Shown piece by piece: positions 59,432-64,000 of a stretch of DNA of 64,000 nucleotides. A model generated the notes under the pieces. It made no database searches. It was not told the origin of the DNA and saw only the letters and a list, made by a program, of their open reading frames with translations. A program made the position numbers and the translations under genes. The stretch's first letter is position 1; every line of letters starts with the position of its first letter. The DNA comes from Epiperipatus broadwayi (Eukaryota; Animalia; Onychophora), in the NCBI GenBank assembly GCA_028023455.1, contig JAQFVV010000005.1, positions 14,198,001 to 14,262,000 of the forward strand. Reading direction: 5' to 3'.

Positions 59432-61899
59432 AAATTTTTTTTTCTGAATTTGCTCAACATCATGTCTAACTGTAACTCTCCAGTATATACTATTCTCTGT
59501 CATATCTTCTCAAAGGAAACATTTGATATACTTTTTCAGAATGTCTTTGAGATAATCTTTATAACATTGACAGGGTCAATCTTTTCCATGAAAACCATGC
59601 TCAAATTGACCATAAAGCATGCATTTAGGAGGTTGTGCATTGTTCATTTGTTTTATATAGGTGTGATTTTACAATAGTGAACTATACCATAGTACCACAT
59701 CCAGCACTTGAAGAACATATTGATTCGTTTTATGATTTTCCAATTGTATTTTTAAAATTTTACAGAGCATCCTTAAATGACTTTTTTTAATGCCTTTATA
59801 TTGCATTAGGAGGGGATCCAAGTTTCACTTCCATACAATAAATTAATTAACAACTGTATCTATAACTAACTCAACTGCAATAGTTATTTCCTTGTGATTA
59901 AATACTCTTCATTTGTTAAAAGCAGCTACAGCATGCTGAAATCTATTATATATCAATATCTAAATCTGTCTTACTACTTACAAAACTACCCATATATTTT
60001 AATTGGCTTATATTCTCAAATTTCCAAGCTAAAAGCTGTTGGATTTTTATTCTATCATTAGCTGATAAAGAACTTGTGATTTTGAATAGTAATTAAAAAA
60101 TCAAAATCCTTATATATTGCATTTAAAACATGAAGTACATTCTGTAAATCATCTTTTAACTTGACAAAAAATAACACAATCATCCACATATTATAAATCC
60201 AGAATCCAAGGATTCTTGTTTTTGCTATTAATCAATTCAAATTAAATTTCCATCCTATATATATATATAATTCCAACCAGTAACCACCTAAACATTCACA
60301 GTAAAATATAGTAATCAATATTTCTCACTGCTGTCAAGGCAATCTTCACACCTTTTAATAGCAAGAATATATATATTCTAACCTCCCCCCGTGCATCCTC
60401 ACCCCAAAATATACTGTTTATTACGAATATTACGGGTTCTAGCTCAGTTAACAAATAAATAAATGAAATATTCAGTATTAATTAAAATGATTACTAGCTC
60501 TAATTTTAAAATACAAATACGGTTCAATTTTAAAATGAATTAACAAATATTTACTATTTTCATGAGACATGGAGTGACAATACAGGGAACGAGATAGACT
60601 ACATTGAGCCATTATCCACACGATACTACCTCAATGGCATAAGAACACTATCCCTCCTTTTTACTATACCAAATAACTAACTCATAGTATTCTTACGACT
60701 TTCTGAGCTCTATTCACTATGATTAAAATAATAATCATATCTTAATCTTCTTTATAACAAGAATCTAGCTTATTTAAATAAAATGAAGTAAAATAAATAA
60801 AATCTCAGGTTCATAAATTGTGTATTCTAACTGATTTAAAATTACGGTAGTAAAATATGAAAAGGGAATTTTATGTCATAATCTACTACACAGCAACTAA
60901 TAATAATAAAAAATAATAATAACAATAATAATATAATATAATCTTATTTCTTCCTAAAATGAAATAAATAAATACGTACGCGGTAGTATTTTAATAATCT
61001 GACAACAGAATACGTGTGGCAACATTAGCATATAATTTAATGTAATATTGTGGCACCTGACTTATGACCAATAAATAATATAAAATTATGATCTTTTAAT
61101 TTTAACATACCAATAAATTCTCAAAATTCTTATAACACTTTTATGTTTACCTTTTGTGCAAAATTTATATGTCTGTTTCAATTATAAATGTATCGTGATT
61201 TCATGCATCCATGTGGAGAAATAACAACTCGGAAACAAAACTTTAAAACAAATTTAAAACAAAGTTTATTAACAACATAAATAAATTAACAATATTTTTA
61301 CACTATATACATTGGATATACCTTACTTTCATATCTCAACTTAGATTATTAGTTTATAAAATGAAATCAAAATATTTTTACTTTTCCTAGTTAAATCTTT
61401 TTTTTTTTTTTTAACACTTAAGAAAATACAGTATTATTACTTGATTTATTATTATGGTTAGCTTATTACAAAATGCATTTCTTATATGATTATCACAAAC
61501 ACTTTTCATCCCTAATATTATTAAAATTACATTTTTTTACAAAATTTATATTCATAATAAAATTCTACAAAATAATAAAATTTAGTTTCATATTGGTTGT
61601 ATGGAATCTTACAAAGTCAAAACACTATTCTACATTCGGTATTAGGTTTTTATTATTCATTATCCGATGTTTATTAATCCTAATATTCTCATTCAAGCCT
61701 TACTTTGGATGATATTATTATAACTATTAATATACCATGCACAAGTATATGTTTATTATACCTTATTGAATTTTCTCTTGATAAATATGCAATTCTCATT
61801 CCCTTCAACATTAATATTTTAAAATAAAAATTCAATTTTTATTATCACTTTTAAAATACTTGGTTTAGATTTCTTTTCAAAATCTTATATTCATTTCTG

Positions 61900-62700
61900 A
61901 ATTAATGTTACAATGTATTATATGATTCTTTCTCTCTTTATGATATTTTGGACTTTCAATTTTAAAGTTACACAATTCTATACATTCAAGCAAATAAACT
62001 ATTCTTACATAAACGATAACATATCTTCAGTTCTAATTTATTCATTATTTCTTTGAAAATATCTTTCTGACCGTTGCAGATTCATGAAATAAGGATAGCG
62101 AAGATAGATGCATAGGATCAAAATACAACTAGAATATTACTTGTCATATACCTTGACAATCATGGCACAGTGAATTAAAAGACACTATAGAGGAGTGACC
62201 TTTACCTGTCTACCAACCTCTATCATAGGAACGATGCTAAAGCTATTTCTTCAGCTTTATTCTAACATCAAAAGTTTAAAGATATGCAAAACACTGTCCA
62301 AACCATATGTGTTCAGTCATAGGACTTTGTTAACTATACTAAATCACACAAAACTAAATATGATTCAAATCCCTTATATTTTCCTATTTCTTAAAAAAAA
62401 ACACATCATCTTGGTTTCCTCTCCACTAGTACTTCCAAGTCACTATCCGATCTTATTTCTCAAGATTTTTTCTATACTGTACATCGACAAATACATATCT
62501 GCATTACTAACAATAATAAAATTCATTGATAGTTTAAAACTATTCCACTGTTCTATAAGAAAATCCTTTTACTACTTTCCTCCATATATTTAATCATATA
62601 CAAACTATTTAAATATCTGAATACTTTATCACATGAAAGTTCAAAAGAATCACACAATTGTTCTGTTAAATTATATTATTAATATACTTTAAATAAATTG
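61900..62700 (-). pseudogene. Possible very decayed reverse-transcriptase remnant
   Basis: Purine-rich minus strand with broken NYQ*ILLL and TKSYD fragments reminiscent of NYRPI and KAFD motifs. Weak. Confidence 0.25.
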
Positions 62701-64000
62701 TTGTATGCATATTCCGAATTACTCCTATCTCATTATATGTTAAAATGTTGCATAAAATGTGTACATATAATTAAGACTTTCATACTTCATTCTTAGGTCA
62801 ATAGATGATCCAAAAAAAAAAATACATTATGCATTATAAATAACTATTAAAATTACCAAACGACCTTTATCTCCTCGATCGCGTTCCGTAGGCTTCACCA
62901 TCCATTTGATCCTTGTAGATATAAGATTCACATCCATACACTTTATTTAAACACTATTTCTATAATTTTATCAAGCTATTATATTTAAATTTTAATATTA
63001 CTAAATTTATGTTTTATGTTTTCCCTAATCTCACATAACATTTTATATTTTAAAATAAATTAGTAAAAAAAAATATTCAAACTATATTTACTGTACTCCT
63101 TCCTCAAATTTTCCTGAAAACCGTTCATACTAAAGCCAAAAAAAAAATTGTTTATCATTTATTTTCCATTCACTTAATGTTCCTCTCCCTGCTTGTTCAA
63201 TTTTAAGGTAAAACAAATATTACTTCGTTCAATAAATATTCATGAATGATAATCCTTGGTTTTTATAATATTTAATACAATTGTTAATTATGATATTAGT
63301 TAATCCCGTAAAGAAAACTTCTAAATATTCTCTTCTAATATTTCTTGCTAATATTTTCTCCCGCGCGACTTTTACGATGCATCTTCTCAGTACTTTGATT
63401 TAAATATTCAATAAAACTTTTCTGTTTCCATGGATTCATTTCATTAAGTAAATTAGATTTATATTCTCCAAATCTTTATCTTTATTAAGCATTTCTCTAA
63501 TGAACACTTTATAATATTTTTAATTCTTCTTAGAGAAAGTTTTTCGGTTCCTTTTCCATAAAAACACAATAGCTCTTTCATATTATTATTCTGTAACTTT
63601 TTTCCTTCTTTTAAAACTCTGGTACTATATACTTTGTAATGTTTCCTTTAAAAAGACAAACATTCTTTCTCCATTATAACTTTTACATAATTTTTTCTTT
63701 ATGATATACGCATCTTAAATTTTCCATAGAGAAGAATCCAAAAACTTCGGAGTAGCCTTTTAAAATTGTGCGTCATAATTTTTCCTGACGGCAAATAACT
63801 TTTCTTTTAAGTTTTCGGTATAATGTCCAAATTATATTTATCTGAGTTCTAATGATTTTCTGGTTGCTCACAAATAAACTGTATTGCACTTTACAATTAT
63901 TTTTACTTTATCAATACTTTTAGGTACTTTTTTCTGTAGTATTTCCATTTTTACTGCAAGGTTTCGGCTAAACTTGAATAAAAAATCCTGGTAAGAAATC

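Overview
Very AT-rich eukaryotic DNA, probably arthropod (inferred from the CDYKT-type zinc fingers and the TE families). The window is a tandemly duplicated C2H2 zinc-finger locus: two paralogous single-exon finger arrays (9131-10618; ~28302-29663) and the 5' part of a probable third unit (~54.3-56.1 kb). It is densely invaded by mobile elements: a miniature non-coding LTR element with TSD, PBS and PPT (12737-14427); a decayed Ty3/gypsy (~20.5-23.3 kb); RTE LINE remnants; two Merlin (IS1595/ISXO2-like) DNA transposons; a 5'-truncated Jockey LINE; and an intact two-ORF LINE with PHD+SGNH-esterase ORF1 and APE-RT ORF2. The most striking signal is a set of short non-coding insertions from several unrelated sequence families that share one architecture. 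Each has a 10-17 bp target-site duplication, an inverted arm that usually begins with 4-7 nt of microhomology inside the left TSD, a longer direct or tandem arm, and a 30-65 nt unpaired tail. Two of the families carry minimal type-I hammerhead ribozyme motifs on both strands (16.3-17.3 kb; 58.4-58.6 kb). They look like palindromic, Penelope-type or retrozyme-like RNAs mobilised in trans. All coordinates and alignments were read by eye; no database searches were run.
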